This document shows positions 1 to 9,838 of a DNA stretch of 61,628 nt, piece by piece (the stretch's first letter is position 1; every line of letters begins with the position of its first letter). The DNA comes from an uncultured Eubacteriales bacterium (GTDB lineage Bacteria; Bacillota_I; Bacilli_A; RFN20; CAG-288). The DNA lies in contig ONBI01000003.1 in NCBI GenBank assembly GCA_900316035.1, forward strand, positions 1-61,628, written 5' to 3'. The position numbers and the translations under genes are program-made. The notes beneath the pieces are model-generated. The model saw only the letters and a list, made by a program, of their open reading frames with translations, had not been told where the DNA came from and ran no database searches.

Positions 1-1769
1 TCATCCTCCATCTCAAGCGCCTTGAAGATATCGGAAGTATAGCCGACCGGAAGATGCGAAGAGTTGGTGTAGAAGGGAGCCTGACCCGGCTTTGCCGCGG
101 TCTTGATATCCGGGAATTCGGCAACATCGTGTTTGGCAAAACGGTAAGTGGTCGATTCGGCCGGAGTCGCTTCGAGGTTGAAGAGGCATCCATACTGCTC
201 CTGGAAATCGGAGAGCTTGGTTCTCATATGTTTGAGAATATCTTCGGCTAAGACACGGCCTTCCTCGGTCGTAAGATCGCCTTTGGTATTCCACTTTGCG
301 TTCTCAAGACACTCTTCCATACCGATGATACCGATGGTGGAGAAGTGGTTATCGAATTTACCTAAGTATCTCTTGGTATATGGATACATACCCTGGTTGA
401 GAAGTTTGGTGATGACCTTTCTCTTGATATCGAGAGAACGGGCCGCAATCGCCATATATTTATCGAGAAGCTTGTAGAAATCCTCTTCGGACTGCGAGAG
501 ATAGGCAAGACGAGGTAAGTTGATGGTGACAACGCCGATGGAACCGGTGGATTCACCGCTTCCGAAGTATCCGCCACCCTTCTTGCGGAGCTCTCTTAAA
601 TCAAGACGCAGACGGCAGCACATCGAGCGGACATCGCTCGGCTTCATATCGGAGTTGATGTAGTTAGAGAAATAAGGAGTGCCGTATTTTGCGGTCATCT
701 CAAAGAGAAGACGGTTATTTTCGGTATCGGACCAATCGAAGTCCTTGGTGATGGAATACGTCGGAATCGGGTACTGGAAACCGCGTCCGTTGGCATCGCC
801 TTCGATCATGATCTCGATGAAGGCTTTGTTGACCATATCCATCTCTTTCTTGCAGTCGCCGTAGGTGAAATCCATCTCCTTACCACCGACGATGGCAGGC
901 ATATTCTTCATATCATCCGGAACGGTCCAGTCGAGAGTGACGTTCGTAAACGGAGCCTGGGTTCCCCAACGGGAAGGCGTATTGACGCCGTAGATGAAGG
1001 ACTGGATGCACTGCTTGACTTCCGAATACGGAAGATGATCGACTTTGACAAACGGAGCGAGATAAGTATCGAAAGAGGAGAAGGCCTGAGCACCTGCCCA
1101 TTCGTTCTGCATGATGCCTAAGAAGTTGACCATCTGGTTGCAGAGCGTCGAAAGGTGCTTGGCCGGAGCCGAGGTGATACGGCCGGTGACACCGCCTAAA
1201 CCTTCCAAAAGAAGCTGCTTGAGAGACCAGCCGGCGCAATATCCGGAAAGCATCGAAAGATCGTGGAGGTGGATAAAGCAGTGCTTATGGGCTTCGGCGA
1301 TTTCGGAATCGTAGATTTCCGAAAGCCAGTAGTTCGCGGTGACAGCACCGGAGTTCGATAAAATAAGACCACCTAAAGAGAGGGTGACGGTCGAATTCTC
1401 TTTGACACGCCAATCCTTATCTTCGCCGATATAGCCGTTGACGAGTTTCGCATAGTCGAGAAGGGTTCCTTCCGCCTTACGGACATTCTCATGCTGCTTA
1501 CGGTAAAGAATGTAGGCCTTTGCGGTCTTCTGATAGCCGCACTTCATCAGGGTCGCTTCGACTTCATCCTGAATCTCTTCAACCGTGGGGATATTCTTTC
1601 CCTGGCTGTTAAGAGCCGAGACGACCATCAATTCGACAGCGGTCGACATTGCCGAAATATCTCTGGCCGGAATCTCTCCCGTCGAGACAAAGGCTTTGGC
1701 CACGGCATTTTCAATCTTCTCCGCTTCAAAGGCTACTTTCGAACCATCTCTTTTGATAACACTTTCCAT
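1..1769 (-). CDS. nrdD: Anaerobic (class III) ribonucleoside-triphosphate reductase; C-terminus lies beyond the window edge
   Basis: Manual minus-strand translation from the ATG at 1769 (GAGG RBS): ATP-cone MESVIKRDGSKVAF, then IHLHDL..YCAGWSL, QNEWAGAQAFSSFDTYLAPF and SMCCRLRLDL..GSIGVVTINLPR. Absent from the ORF track because it runs off the edge. Confidence 0.95.
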   Translation of the reverse strand, partial: MESVIKRDGSKVAFEAEKIENAVAKAFVSTGEIPARDISAMSTAVELMVVSALNSQGKNIPTVEEIQDEVEATLMKCGYQKTAKAYILYRKQHENVRKAEGTLLDYAKLVNGYIGEDKDWRVKENSTVTLSLGGLILSNSGAVTANYWLSEIYDSEIAEAHKHCFIHLHDLSMLSGYCAGWSLKQLLLEGLGGVTGRITSAPAKHLSTLCNQMVNFLGIMQNEWAGAQAFSSFDTYLAPFVKVDHLPYSEVKQCIQSFIYGVNTPSRWGTQAPFTNVTLDWTVPDDMKNMPAIVGGKEMDFTYGDCKKEMDMVNKAFIEIMIEGDANGRGFQYPIPTYSITKDFDWSDTENNRLLFEMTAKYGTPYFSNYINSDMKPSDVRSMCCRLRLDLRELRKKGGGYFGSGESTGSIGVVTINLPRLAYLSQSEEDFYKLLDKYMAIAARSLDIKRKVITKLLNQGMYPYTKRYLGKFDNHFSTIGIIGMEECLENAKWNTKGDLTTEEGRVLAEDILKHMRTKLSDFQEQYGCLFNLEATPAESTTYRFAKHDVAEFPDIKTAAKPGQAPFYTNSSHLPVGYTSDIFKALEMED

Positions 1770-1785
1770 TCTACCGATACCTCTC

Positions 1786-2298
1786 TCATAAACCGTAATT
1801 CAGCTTCGTAATCTCAACACACTTCCCTTCCCTTAGACTTCTAGGCACATCGATCAGACGTTGATTCGTCGAACCGCGATAGAGGCAATTCTCCGATTTC
1901 AGGCTGAGGACAAAGCGTCCATCCACCAGAACATCCAGATAGGGAAGAACTTCTCTTCTTGCCTCACTTGGCTCGTGCAGGATCTCTTCGTAGGTGTAAC
2001 CCGTGTAGCACCAGATATTGAGGCCGTGTTGTTTCAGTTCCATGGCGATCTCCTTTATCGCCTCGGGCTGAAAAAGCGGGTCCCCTCCGGAGAAGGTTAC
2101 GCCATCGAGATACTTTGTCGCCAAGATATCGCTGATGACGGTCGACGTTTCGTAGAGTTTTCCTTTCTGGATATCCCAGGTTTCTGGATTCTGACAGCCG
2201 GGACAGGCATGAGGACAACCCTGCGTGAAGAGAACATAACGCACTCCGGGACCGTTGACCATGGAGTGGCGCTCGATGCCGGAGATTTTGATTTTCAT
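1786..2298 (-). CDS. nrdG: Anaerobic RNR activating protein (radical SAM)
   Basis: SMVNGPGVR, QGCPHACPGC (CxxxCxxC), SGGDP, RGSTNQR; start set at MKIKIS, which follows an AAGGTG RBS. Confidence 0.95.
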   Translation of the reverse strand: MKIKISGIERHSMVNGPGVRYVLFTQGCPHACPGCQNPETWDIQKGKLYETSTVISDILATKYLDGVTFSGGDPLFQPEAIKEIAMELKQHGLNIWCYTGYTYEEILHEPSEARREVLPYLDVLVDGRFVLSLKSENCLYRGSTNQRLIDVPRSLREGKCVEITKLNYGL

Positions 2299-2824
2299 AT
2301 TCCACCTTTCTGGAAGAAGAGACGGAGCCGAAAAAATTCTCATTCGCGTCTAGGTACCATTATCGATGGAAGCGTTTTGAAAAACAAGGGAAAAACTCAA
2401 GCCTTGGAAAAATGCCTCTCACAAAACAATGTAATTGCAAAAAAGGCCGAGAAAAACGCAAATTTTAGGAGTTTTTTAGTACTTCTTGCAACTTAGTAAT
2501 TAAGAGAAAGTTGTCACTATGTAAGGGGTTACATTTCGCTATGAAAACAGGATGAAAATACCTGCAACTTTTTCTCTTGGAGGGGTTGTCTCACGTTCCT
2601 TTTGCCTTGCTTTTGGCTTAGGTTTAGAAAAGAGCGAAATCATTTTTGTAACTTTTCGTTTTGCTTTTCGCTTAACCCCCTTGCCGGGTGTTTCTTATGC
2701 TTTCCGCTTGCATTTTGAATTCTTAAGGGATTCTTAAAAGAGAAACTTACCTTGCAAGGGACAAGTAGAATCACTAAACTAAATCCGTTCAAAAGGAAAG
2801 AAGGTCTTTCCGAGCAACATCATC

Positions 2825-3820
2825 ATGGAACAGAAGCAGAATCTATCGGAAAAGGAAATCCGAAAACAGAGTTGGATTCTTTTTATCAGCGGAGTCGTTC
2901 TCTATTGTCTTTTCAATTATCTTCCGCTGAAAATCTGGATCAGCAATGAGTATATCTATCTCACGGTCAAAATCCTTTTCTATATTGTTCTTTCTTTCTT
3001 CCTTCTTCATTTCAAGAAGAAGCTGAATCTGGAACTGGAAAGACCTCTGAAAGAAATCTCCTGGTGCTGGTTACTTCCTTTACTGATTCCGGCCTGCACG
3101 AACTTTATCTCGGTGGAGTTCTTCGATTCGATTCAGCCAAAAGAAGTCGAGCTCGGTGTCTTCTTCTTTGATATCATCACGGATTTCTTCGTCTCGGTCG
3201 GAGAAGATACGATCTTCGTCGATATCGCTTTAGGTCTCTTGCTTCCACTGCTATCGGAAAAGAAGAGAGGACATAAGAACATTTTTTCCTTATTTATTAT
3301 TTCTATTTTCTTCACGGCTATCCATTGTTATTCCTTTTTGTATAGCAAGCCGGATGTCGCTGCTTTCTCTTTGGTCTATGTTTTCTTACTCACCTTCGAA
3401 TGCGGTTATCTAGCGATCTATTTCGATTCTCCTCTGATTCCGATTCTGGTCCATTATCTTTTCAACGCGTTGGACTTTGTCGCTTTTGAATCGTTCTATG
3501 AGATTGAGAAGATCACCGGTAAATATGTTCTTTTCTGCTCCCTGATGATTCTCTTTGCCGTCTTCTATACGATGGCCTTAGCCAAGATTTCGACCGAACA
3601 GGAACTGAAAGTGTTAGGCGAAAGAAAACTTCATGAGATGGAACTCAAAGCGGAAGAGATCCATCAGGATGCCGATAAGATTCAGGAAGAGATTTCTTCT
3701 TCGGAAGACGAGAAAAGAGAAGAGACGAAAGCCGAGATTCAGGCTGATTTAGAAGAATTAGAGAAAGACAAAGAAGAACTCGAGAAAGATTTAGCATCCC
3801 TCACGAAGAAAGGAGAATAA
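2825..3820 (+). CDS. CPBP/CAAX-family intramembrane glutamic protease-like protein with acidic coiled-coil tail
   Basis: Multiple TM segments; GED..F, F..IH and HYLFN motifs resemble the CPBP motifs. Confidence 0.7.
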   Translation: MEQKQNLSEKEIRKQSWILFISGVVLYCLFNYLPLKIWISNEYIYLTVKILFYIVLSFFLLHFKKKLNLELERPLKEISWCWLLPLLIPACTNFISVEFFDSIQPKEVELGVFFFDIITDFFVSVGEDTIFVDIALGLLLPLLSEKKRGHKNIFSLFIISIFFTAIHCYSFLYSKPDVAAFSLVYVFLLTFECGYLAIYFDSPLIPILVHYLFNALDFVAFESFYEIEKITGKYVLFCSLMILFAVFYTMALAKISTEQELKVLGERKLHEMELKAEEIHQDADKIQEEISSSEDEKREETKAEIQADLEELEKDKEELEKDLASLTKKGE

Positions 3821-3825
3821 ACGGA

Positions 3826-4764
3826 ATGAAGAAAAAAAGAGCCTCTTTTTCACCCCGCACCAAGAACATCTATTCCCAATACGATAAGCTTCCGAAAGGC
3901 ATCGCAAAGGATAATCTTGTCGATGGTGCTTTGGTGATGGAAGGAGGTGCTTTCCGTGGCACATATACTTCCGGTGTCATCGATGCCCTGATGGAGAACG
4001 ATCTCAATTTCGCTCTCACCTTAGGTTGTTCGGCCGGAGCGATGAACGGATATTGCTATTTAAGTGGTCGTATCGGAAAAGCCGGAAGAGTCAATCTGAT
4101 CTACCGTCACGATTCCCGTTATGTCGGTTTAGCTGCTTACCGGAAGAATAAAGGCATCATAGGGTTTGATTTTCTTTTCCATGAACTGGAAGAAAGAGAA
4201 CCGGCGGCAAAAAGCCATTTTGAAGATCCGAAAAGAAGATTACTGGTGGTCGCTACCCGTCTAGAGGATGGAAAAGCCGTCTATTTTCAGAAAGGAAAAG
4301 ACGATCTGAGAAAAGGAATCCAGGCTTCCGCTTCGATGCCGTATGTTTCAAAACCGGTATTGATCAACGGGGAACATTATCTCGATGGCGGAGTCGCCTG
4401 CAAGGTTCCGTATGAAGAAGCGCTTCGTTTAGGAGCAAAGAAGCTTCTGATTGTTCTGACCAGAGAAAAAGGTTACCGCAAGAAACCGGGGAAGAACGTC
4501 CGTTTCAATGCGGAGATGGTCTACGGAAAGAAGTATAAGACCTTTGCCGAAGAGGTCGCCAAGGTCTCCGAGATGACCAATCATCAATACGATGAGATCG
4601 ATAAGATGGGAGAAGAAGGAAAAGCCTTTGTTCTTTATCCTTCTACTCCGGTGGATATCGACCGCTTAGAACCGAACATGGAGAAACTCGGCTCTCTTTA
4701 TTTCCAAGGCTATCACGATGCTTTGAACGCTCTTCCGGCGATCAAAGCCTATCTTGCCAAATAG
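3826..4764 (+). CDS. Patatin-like phospholipase family protein
   Basis: EGGAFRG, GCSAG and DGG motifs. Confidence 0.9.
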   Translation: MKKKRASFSPRTKNIYSQYDKLPKGIAKDNLVDGALVMEGGAFRGTYTSGVIDALMENDLNFALTLGCSAGAMNGYCYLSGRIGKAGRVNLIYRHDSRYVGLAAYRKNKGIIGFDFLFHELEEREPAAKSHFEDPKRRLLVVATRLEDGKAVYFQKGKDDLRKGIQASASMPYVSKPVLINGEHYLDGGVACKVPYEEALRLGAKKLLIVLTREKGYRKKPGKNVRFNAEMVYGKKYKTFAEEVAKVSEMTNHQYDEIDKMGEEGKAFVLYPSTPVDIDRLEPNMEKLGSLYFQGYHDALNALPAIKAYLAK

Positions 4765-4772
4765 TTTTTTCT

Positions 4773-5573
4773 ATGGAAGAAAAAGATCTTCTCAAAGGAA
4801 GAATCAAGGATCTCTCGCTTCGTGCAAGGGAGATGCAGTATTGTACCCATACTCCTTTTCTTTCCCAGAGTGAGCAGGCTTTATTCTTTTCGATACGGAA
4901 AGAAGAAGGTGGATCCCTTCTGAAGAAAGAATGTCTCGGAGTGAAGTTCTTCCTTTACGGTGGCTATGAAGAAGCAGACCGCAAGAGAATCTATTTTCTT
5001 CCGGATTATGAAACCGAAGAAGAACAGAAAGAAAAAGAAAACGAAGGGGAGGGCTTTCTTCTTCTGGAAGCAAAACCCCGGAATATCCGTTTTGCGGATA
5101 CTCTGAGCCATCGGGATTTCTTAGGTGCCTTGATGAACCTAGGCTTCAAAAGAGAATGTTTCGGGGATATCCTCACCGATTCCCATACCGGGTATATCTT
5201 TGTCGAAAAAGGAATCGCCGACCAAGTGAAGGAAGAACTTTCCAAAGTCAAGCATACCGATATGGATTGTTCTCTTCTTTTACCGAAAGAACTCCCTTTA
5301 CGTCCTCGTTTTGCAGAGAAGAATGTCTTTATCGCTTCGGACCGTCTCGACAATGTCTTAGCCGAAGTCTTTTCGCTTTCCCGCCGTTCCGCCCAGGAAG
5401 TGATCGCTTCGGAGTCGGTCTTCGTCAATGGTGTCACCGAAAAGAACAACTCCCACGTGTTAAAAGCAAACGACAGAGTCTCGGTCAAAGGACACGGAAA
5501 ATTCCTTTATCTCGATGAAGCAAGACCGACCAAAAGAGGTCGCCTTGTCGCCAAAGTAAAACTCTATATCTGA
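4773..5573 (+). CDS. ylmH: YlmH-family S4-domain RNA-binding protein
   Basis: HRDFLGALMNLG..RE..GDI; C-terminal S4 domain SDRLD..SR..A..V.VNG..D.VSVKG.GK. Confidence 0.9.
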   Translation: MEEKDLLKGRIKDLSLRAREMQYCTHTPFLSQSEQALFFSIRKEEGGSLLKKECLGVKFFLYGGYEEADRKRIYFLPDYETEEEQKEKENEGEGFLLLEAKPRNIRFADTLSHRDFLGALMNLGFKRECFGDILTDSHTGYIFVEKGIADQVKEELSKVKHTDMDCSLLLPKELPLRPRFAEKNVFIASDRLDNVLAEVFSLSRRSAQEVIASESVFVNGVTEKNNSHVLKANDRVSVKGHGKFLYLDEARPTKRGRLVAKVKLYI

Positions 5574-5640
5574 AGTAAGCTCTTTCACTTTCTAAGAGCC
5601 TTTTTCTTACGGAAAAGAGGTTTAGAATTTATCCCGTCTC

Positions 5641-7119
5641 ATGAAAAGTGTAAACCTCGGTTCGGAGAAGACCTGGCCTGTCATCCTCCGACTTGCTTTG
5701 CCGGCGATGGCTGCGCAGATCGTCAATGTCCTTTATTCCATCGTCGATAAGATCTACGTCGGTCAGCTCGGAAACGGCCCGTTAGCGGGAATCGGAGTCT
5801 GTGCTCCGATAACGACTGCCCTAAGTGCTTTTGCTTTCTGGATTTCCTTAGGTGGAGGTCCGCTTTTCTCCATGTCTCTAGGAGAGAAGAGAGAAGATAA
5901 CGCCAAGAAGATCTTAGCGAACTCCTTTTTGATGCTGATCGTTTTCGCTCTGATTCTGGATATCCTTGCCTACTCTTTGATGAAGCCGATGCTTTATGCT
6001 TTCGGCGCCAGCTCCCACAGCTACATCTATGCAAAGCAATATCTTCAGATCTATCTGATCGGGTTAGTCTTTGCGATTCTCTCTTTAGGTCTCAACGAAT
6101 TCCTGACCGCTCAGGGCATGAGTCTAGAAGCGATGCTATCGACTCTTGCCGCCTGTTTACTCAACATCGGTCTAGACCCGCTTTTCATGTTCGTTGCCAA
6201 GATGGGAATTGAAGGAGCAGCTCTAGCCACCATTCTTTGTCAGTTTGTTTCCTTTGTAGTTTCTCTCTTCCTGTTACTCCGAAAGAAGACACCCATCCGG
6301 CTATCTTTCGGTTCTTACGATATCAAGCTGATGGGAAAAATCCTCAAGCTCGGTTTTTCCCCTTTCATCATCTTAGCGACCGATAGTTTCTTACTGATTG
6401 CCTATAACGAAGCCTTCCAGCATTTCGGAAGCTTAGTTCCTTCTTCGAGTCTTGTTCCGATCTTCGGCGAGAATGCCAGTGAGAACAGCTATGGGGATTT
6501 CCTGATCGAGGTCAACACCATTGTCTCTTCTTTTGAAAGCCTTGTGACCGGGCCTTTGCTTGGTATCTCGACCGGTACCCAACCGATTCTTGCCTATAAC
6601 TACGGAGCCAAGCGAGAAGACCTTATCAAGAAGAGTGAAAAGCAGATCTTCACTTTTGCGATTGTCTTTACCGCGGTCTGTTTTGCTCTCAGTTATCTTC
6701 TCGAAAGACCGTTTGCCGAACTCTTTATCCGTTTCCAGTCTTCCGCGGATGCCAGCGCCGCTTATAAAGAAGCCATCATTGAAAAATCCGTCCGCTATAT
6801 TCAGGTCTATATGTATGTGATCGTTCCGCTTTCTCTTCAGTATGTCACCGTCGATGGTCTTACCGGTATGGGACAAGCCAACACTTCGATCTGGTTATCC
6901 ATCAATCGTAAGTTCTTTGTCATGCTCCCCGCGATTTTCCTTTTCCCGCTTCTTTTCCAGGCGATGGGAAAGGATGCTATCGAGGTAGCCGAAAGCTCCT
7001 TCTATGCGGAGTTTGTCGCCGATCTTGCTTCCGCAATCGTGAGTACTGCTGTCTATTTCTTTGTGTTACCGAAGATACTGAAGAAACGGATGACTTCTCA
7101 GAAAAAGGCGGTTGTCTAG
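5641..7119 (+). CDS. MATE-family efflux transporter
   Basis: LALPA..Q..N.LYSIVD..YVG, NIGLDPLF..GIEGAALAT, QPILAYNYGA. Confidence 0.92.
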   Translation: MKSVNLGSEKTWPVILRLALPAMAAQIVNVLYSIVDKIYVGQLGNGPLAGIGVCAPITTALSAFAFWISLGGGPLFSMSLGEKREDNAKKILANSFLMLIVFALILDILAYSLMKPMLYAFGASSHSYIYAKQYLQIYLIGLVFAILSLGLNEFLTAQGMSLEAMLSTLAACLLNIGLDPLFMFVAKMGIEGAALATILCQFVSFVVSLFLLLRKKTPIRLSFGSYDIKLMGKILKLGFSPFIILATDSFLLIAYNEAFQHFGSLVPSSSLVPIFGENASENSYGDFLIEVNTIVSSFESLVTGPLLGISTGTQPILAYNYGAKREDLIKKSEKQIFTFAIVFTAVCFALSYLLERPFAELFIRFQSSADASAAYKEAIIEKSVRYIQVYMYVIVPLSLQYVTVDGLTGMGQANTSIWLSINRKFFVMLPAIFLFPLLFQAMGKDAIEVAESSFYAEFVADLASAIVSTAVYFFVLPKILKKRMTSQKKAVV

Positions 7120-7157
7120 TTCCTTTTTCAACAGCGTTTACCGTTTCTGTCGGATAG

Positions 7158-7185
7158 TTGCATTATCGGAAAAAGTAGATAAAAT
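7158..7185 (+). promoter_or_regulatory. Putative sigmaA promoter ahead of an orphan hairpin
   Basis: TTGCAT-N16-TAAAAT. Confidence 0.4.
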
Positions 7186-7188
7186 GTT

Positions 7189-7265
7189 GGTCCGGTCAAA
7201 TGTTCTCCCGGTGATCAGGAGGATGTTTCTCCGAGAGGGTGCCGGAGGATACTCTGGGCCCTTTT
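7189..7265 (+). ncRNA. Candidate small structured RNA (rod-like hairpin), family unknown
   Basis: GC-rich intergenic segment folding into three stacked helices with several G-U pairs on the + strand, followed by a T-tract. Confidence 0.4.
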
Positions 7266-7319
7266 CTTGTTTCAAAAAATACCCTCACCTTTAAAAAGCA
7301 AGGGTGTCTCTAAGTTTCT

Positions 7320-8156
7320 TCAGTATCTCTTCTTTTCGCCTTCCGGATAAGCAAGTTTCTTCGCTAACTTCTTATCGGAATAATGATTCAGAGTCTGAAT
7401 CAAGTCTTTATCTTTCGCTTTGAACTCTTTCAGTTTCTCATCGATTCTACCTTTGACCATCTCCGCGATTTCCACCGTTGAGAGATCTTCGTATTCTTCG
7501 GGAGGGATCGGCTTCAGATAAGCAATCTGCACCGGATACTTATGGTAATGGAAATGAGGATCAAACGCTCTTTCGGTACCATAGATGACCACCGGAACAA
7601 TCGGAAGGTTTCGGCGGGTTGCAATCTTGAAAGAGCCGTGATGGAACTCTCCGAGTTCGAATTCAGCGGGATAGGATCTTGTTCCTTCCGGGAAGATGCA
7701 GTAATCCATATCCGGATTCTCTTCGAGAATCTTATCGACCTGCTGGAAGGATTTGATAGCGGAGCGGACATTGTCTCTGTCTAAAGGGACGTTGCGGACA
7801 AAGTCCATTCCTAAGTCGATCAGTTTCGGAAGCTTGTAGTTTTCTTTCTTGGTGACAAAACCGAGCGGTCTTTTCGCTTGGTCTACCATCACGACCGGAT
7901 CGAGCATCGAAGTGTGGTTCGGAGTATAGACACACTGGGTATCGGGACGGTTCTCGTTCCCTTCTTCGAAATAGACGATATGGGAATACGTCTTGATGAT
8001 ATGATTGAGTCTTCTTTGGACGGTCGGATAACGTTCGGCCATCGAGACATTGTTCTTAATACACTTTTTCAGGTAATGCCTATAGAAGAAAAGATTGAGG
8101 AAAGTAGGAAGCAATATCCGGATCTGTTTATGTGCAATCATGGTCTTCTCCTTCAT
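7320..8156 (-). CDS. plsC: 1-acyl-sn-glycerol-3-phosphate acyltransferase
   Basis: NHTSMLD (HxxxxD) and FPEGTRS motifs. Confidence 0.88.
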   Translation of the reverse strand: MKEKTMIAHKQIRILLPTFLNLFFYRHYLKKCIKNNVSMAERYPTVQRRLNHIIKTYSHIVYFEEGNENRPDTQCVYTPNHTSMLDPVVMVDQAKRPLGFVTKKENYKLPKLIDLGMDFVRNVPLDRDNVRSAIKSFQQVDKILEENPDMDYCIFPEGTRSYPAEFELGEFHHGSFKIATRRNLPIVPVVIYGTERAFDPHFHYHKYPVQIAYLKPIPPEEYEDLSTVEIAEMVKGRIDEKLKEFKAKDKDLIQTLNHYSDKKLAKKLAYPEGEKKRY

Positions 8157-8280
8157 GAGGTGATTCGTTTAGACTTTCTCATTATATAGGATGAAAAGAG
8201 AAAGAGTTTCGTTTCCTTCGCAAACCAAAAGAAAAAAGAATAAACTATCTTTGCTTGTATAAAAAGGAGAGAAAAGAAAA

Positions 8281-9735
8281 ATGCCTTGCACTACATTATT
8301 AGTCGGTCGCTTAGCTTCCAATGACGGTTCGACGATGATCGCCCGTAACGACGATTCTCCCTCTGGTCAGTTCCATGTCAAGAAGCTTGTCAAGATCAAA
8401 GCCGATAATCATAAAGAAGTATATAAATCGGTCGGAAGCCATGTCGAAGTAAAGCTTCCGAAACATTCTTTTGCTTTCACTTTCATGCCGAACGTCGATC
8501 CCAAAGAAGGTCTTTGGGGAGCTGCCGGTATCAACGAGAAGAACGTTGCGATGACGGCTACCGAAACCATCACCACCAACGAAAGAGTCTTAGGTGCGGA
8601 TCCTTATGTTGAACTTGTTCCCCGCAAAGGAAATACGCCGGAAGTCAAAGGCGGAATCGGCGAAGAGGATCTTGTCTATCTTGTTCTTCCTTATATTTCT
8701 TCGGCCAGAGAAGGTGTCTTACGCTTAGGTTCCCTCTTAGAAGAATATGGGACCTATGAACCGAACGGCATCGCTTTTTCCGATGAGAAGGAAATCTGGT
8801 GGTTAGAAACCATCGGCGGACATCACTATATCGCTGCCCGCGTACAAGATAATGAAGTCGTCCTGATGCCAAATCAGTTCGGTCTTGACCGTTTTGATTT
8901 CGAAGATGCGTTAGGCGAAGGAAAGAACTATCTCTGCTCGAAAGATCTTAAGGAATTCGTCGAGAACAACTCTCTTGCCTTAGATCAGGACGGCAAGTTC
9001 AATCCGCGTCTTGCTTTCGGTTCCCATTCTGATTCCGACCATGTCTATAACACCCCGAGAGCTTGGTACATGCTCCGTTGCCTGACTCCGGTAGCGATGA
9101 GAGAGAATGTCAAAGGATATACTCCGGAAAGCGATGATCTTCCGTGGAGTGTCGTTCCGGAACATAAGCTTACGGTCGAAGATGTCAAATACATCCTCTC
9201 TGCCCACTTCCAGGGAACCGTCTATGATCCTTATAGCAAATACGGGCCGAAAGAATACAAGGGTGCCTATCGTCCGATCGGTGTCAACCGCACTTCCTTC
9301 TTAGCTCTGCTTCAGATCCGCCCGGTCAAGAACGATTACACCAAAGCCATCGAATGGTTCACCTTCGGAAGCAACGTCTTCAATGAATTCGTTCCTTTCT
9401 TCACGCAGGGAGATAAGGTTCCTTCTTACTATGGTGGAACTACCTTGAGCGTCGATAGCAACAACTTCTATTGGGAAAACCGTCTGATCGGTGCTTTAGC
9501 CGACAGTCACTTCCAGACAAGCGCCATCGAAATCGAACGTTATCAGAATGCCTTAGCGGCAAAAGCGATGGAATTTGTCCATAAGGCGGATAAAGTCGCT
9601 TCCAAGGATGAACTGGAAAAGCTCAATCAGGATATCGCCAAAGAAGCAAAGACTTTGACCGATAAATGCTTAGCCAAGGTTCTCTATGCTGCTTCCATGG
9701 GCATGAAGAACGCCTATTCCCGTTCCGATAACTAA
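8281..9735 (+). CDS. pepD: C69-family dipeptidase (Ntn hydrolase)
   Basis: N-terminal CTTLLVG..AS.DGST.IARN.D; MTATET; GIGEED; YNTPR. Confidence 0.92.
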   Translation: MPCTTLLVGRLASNDGSTMIARNDDSPSGQFHVKKLVKIKADNHKEVYKSVGSHVEVKLPKHSFAFTFMPNVDPKEGLWGAAGINEKNVAMTATETITTNERVLGADPYVELVPRKGNTPEVKGGIGEEDLVYLVLPYISSAREGVLRLGSLLEEYGTYEPNGIAFSDEKEIWWLETIGGHHYIAARVQDNEVVLMPNQFGLDRFDFEDALGEGKNYLCSKDLKEFVENNSLALDQDGKFNPRLAFGSHSDSDHVYNTPRAWYMLRCLTPVAMRENVKGYTPESDDLPWSVVPEHKLTVEDVKYILSAHFQGTVYDPYSKYGPKEYKGAYRPIGVNRTSFLALLQIRPVKNDYTKAIEWFTFGSNVFNEFVPFFTQGDKVPSYYGGTTLSVDSNNFYWENRLIGALADSHFQTSAIEIERYQNALAAKAMEFVHKADKVASKDELEKLNQDIAKEAKTLTDKCLAKVLYAASMGMKNAYSRSDN

Positions 9736-9747
9736 TCACACAAATCT

Positions 9748-9789
9748 AAAAAAAGACGGATGGAGAGAAATCTCTTCTTCCGCTTTTTT
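9748..9789. terminator. Bidirectional intrinsic terminator
   Basis: Imperfect hairpin flanked by A- and T-tracts between convergent genes. Confidence 0.65.
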
Positions 9790-9838
9790 AGTCTCTTATT
9801 TCCGCTAGGCAACTCTATATTTTGAAATTGAGTTGTCT

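Noticed and set aside
13-1811. Many short ORFs in the track
   Set aside because: Shadow or alternative frames of nrdD, which spans this region
2510-2536. Possible NrdR box and TGTAA-N4-TTACA palindrome upstream of nrdG
   Set aside because: Single weak match, far from the likely promoter; NrdR boxes usually occur in tandem
7112-7294. 60-aa ORF or SRP RNA as explanations for the hairpin
   Set aside because: The ORF has a TTG start, no clear RBS and no recognisable features; the hairpin lacks the SRP GNRA tetraloop and AGCAG motif
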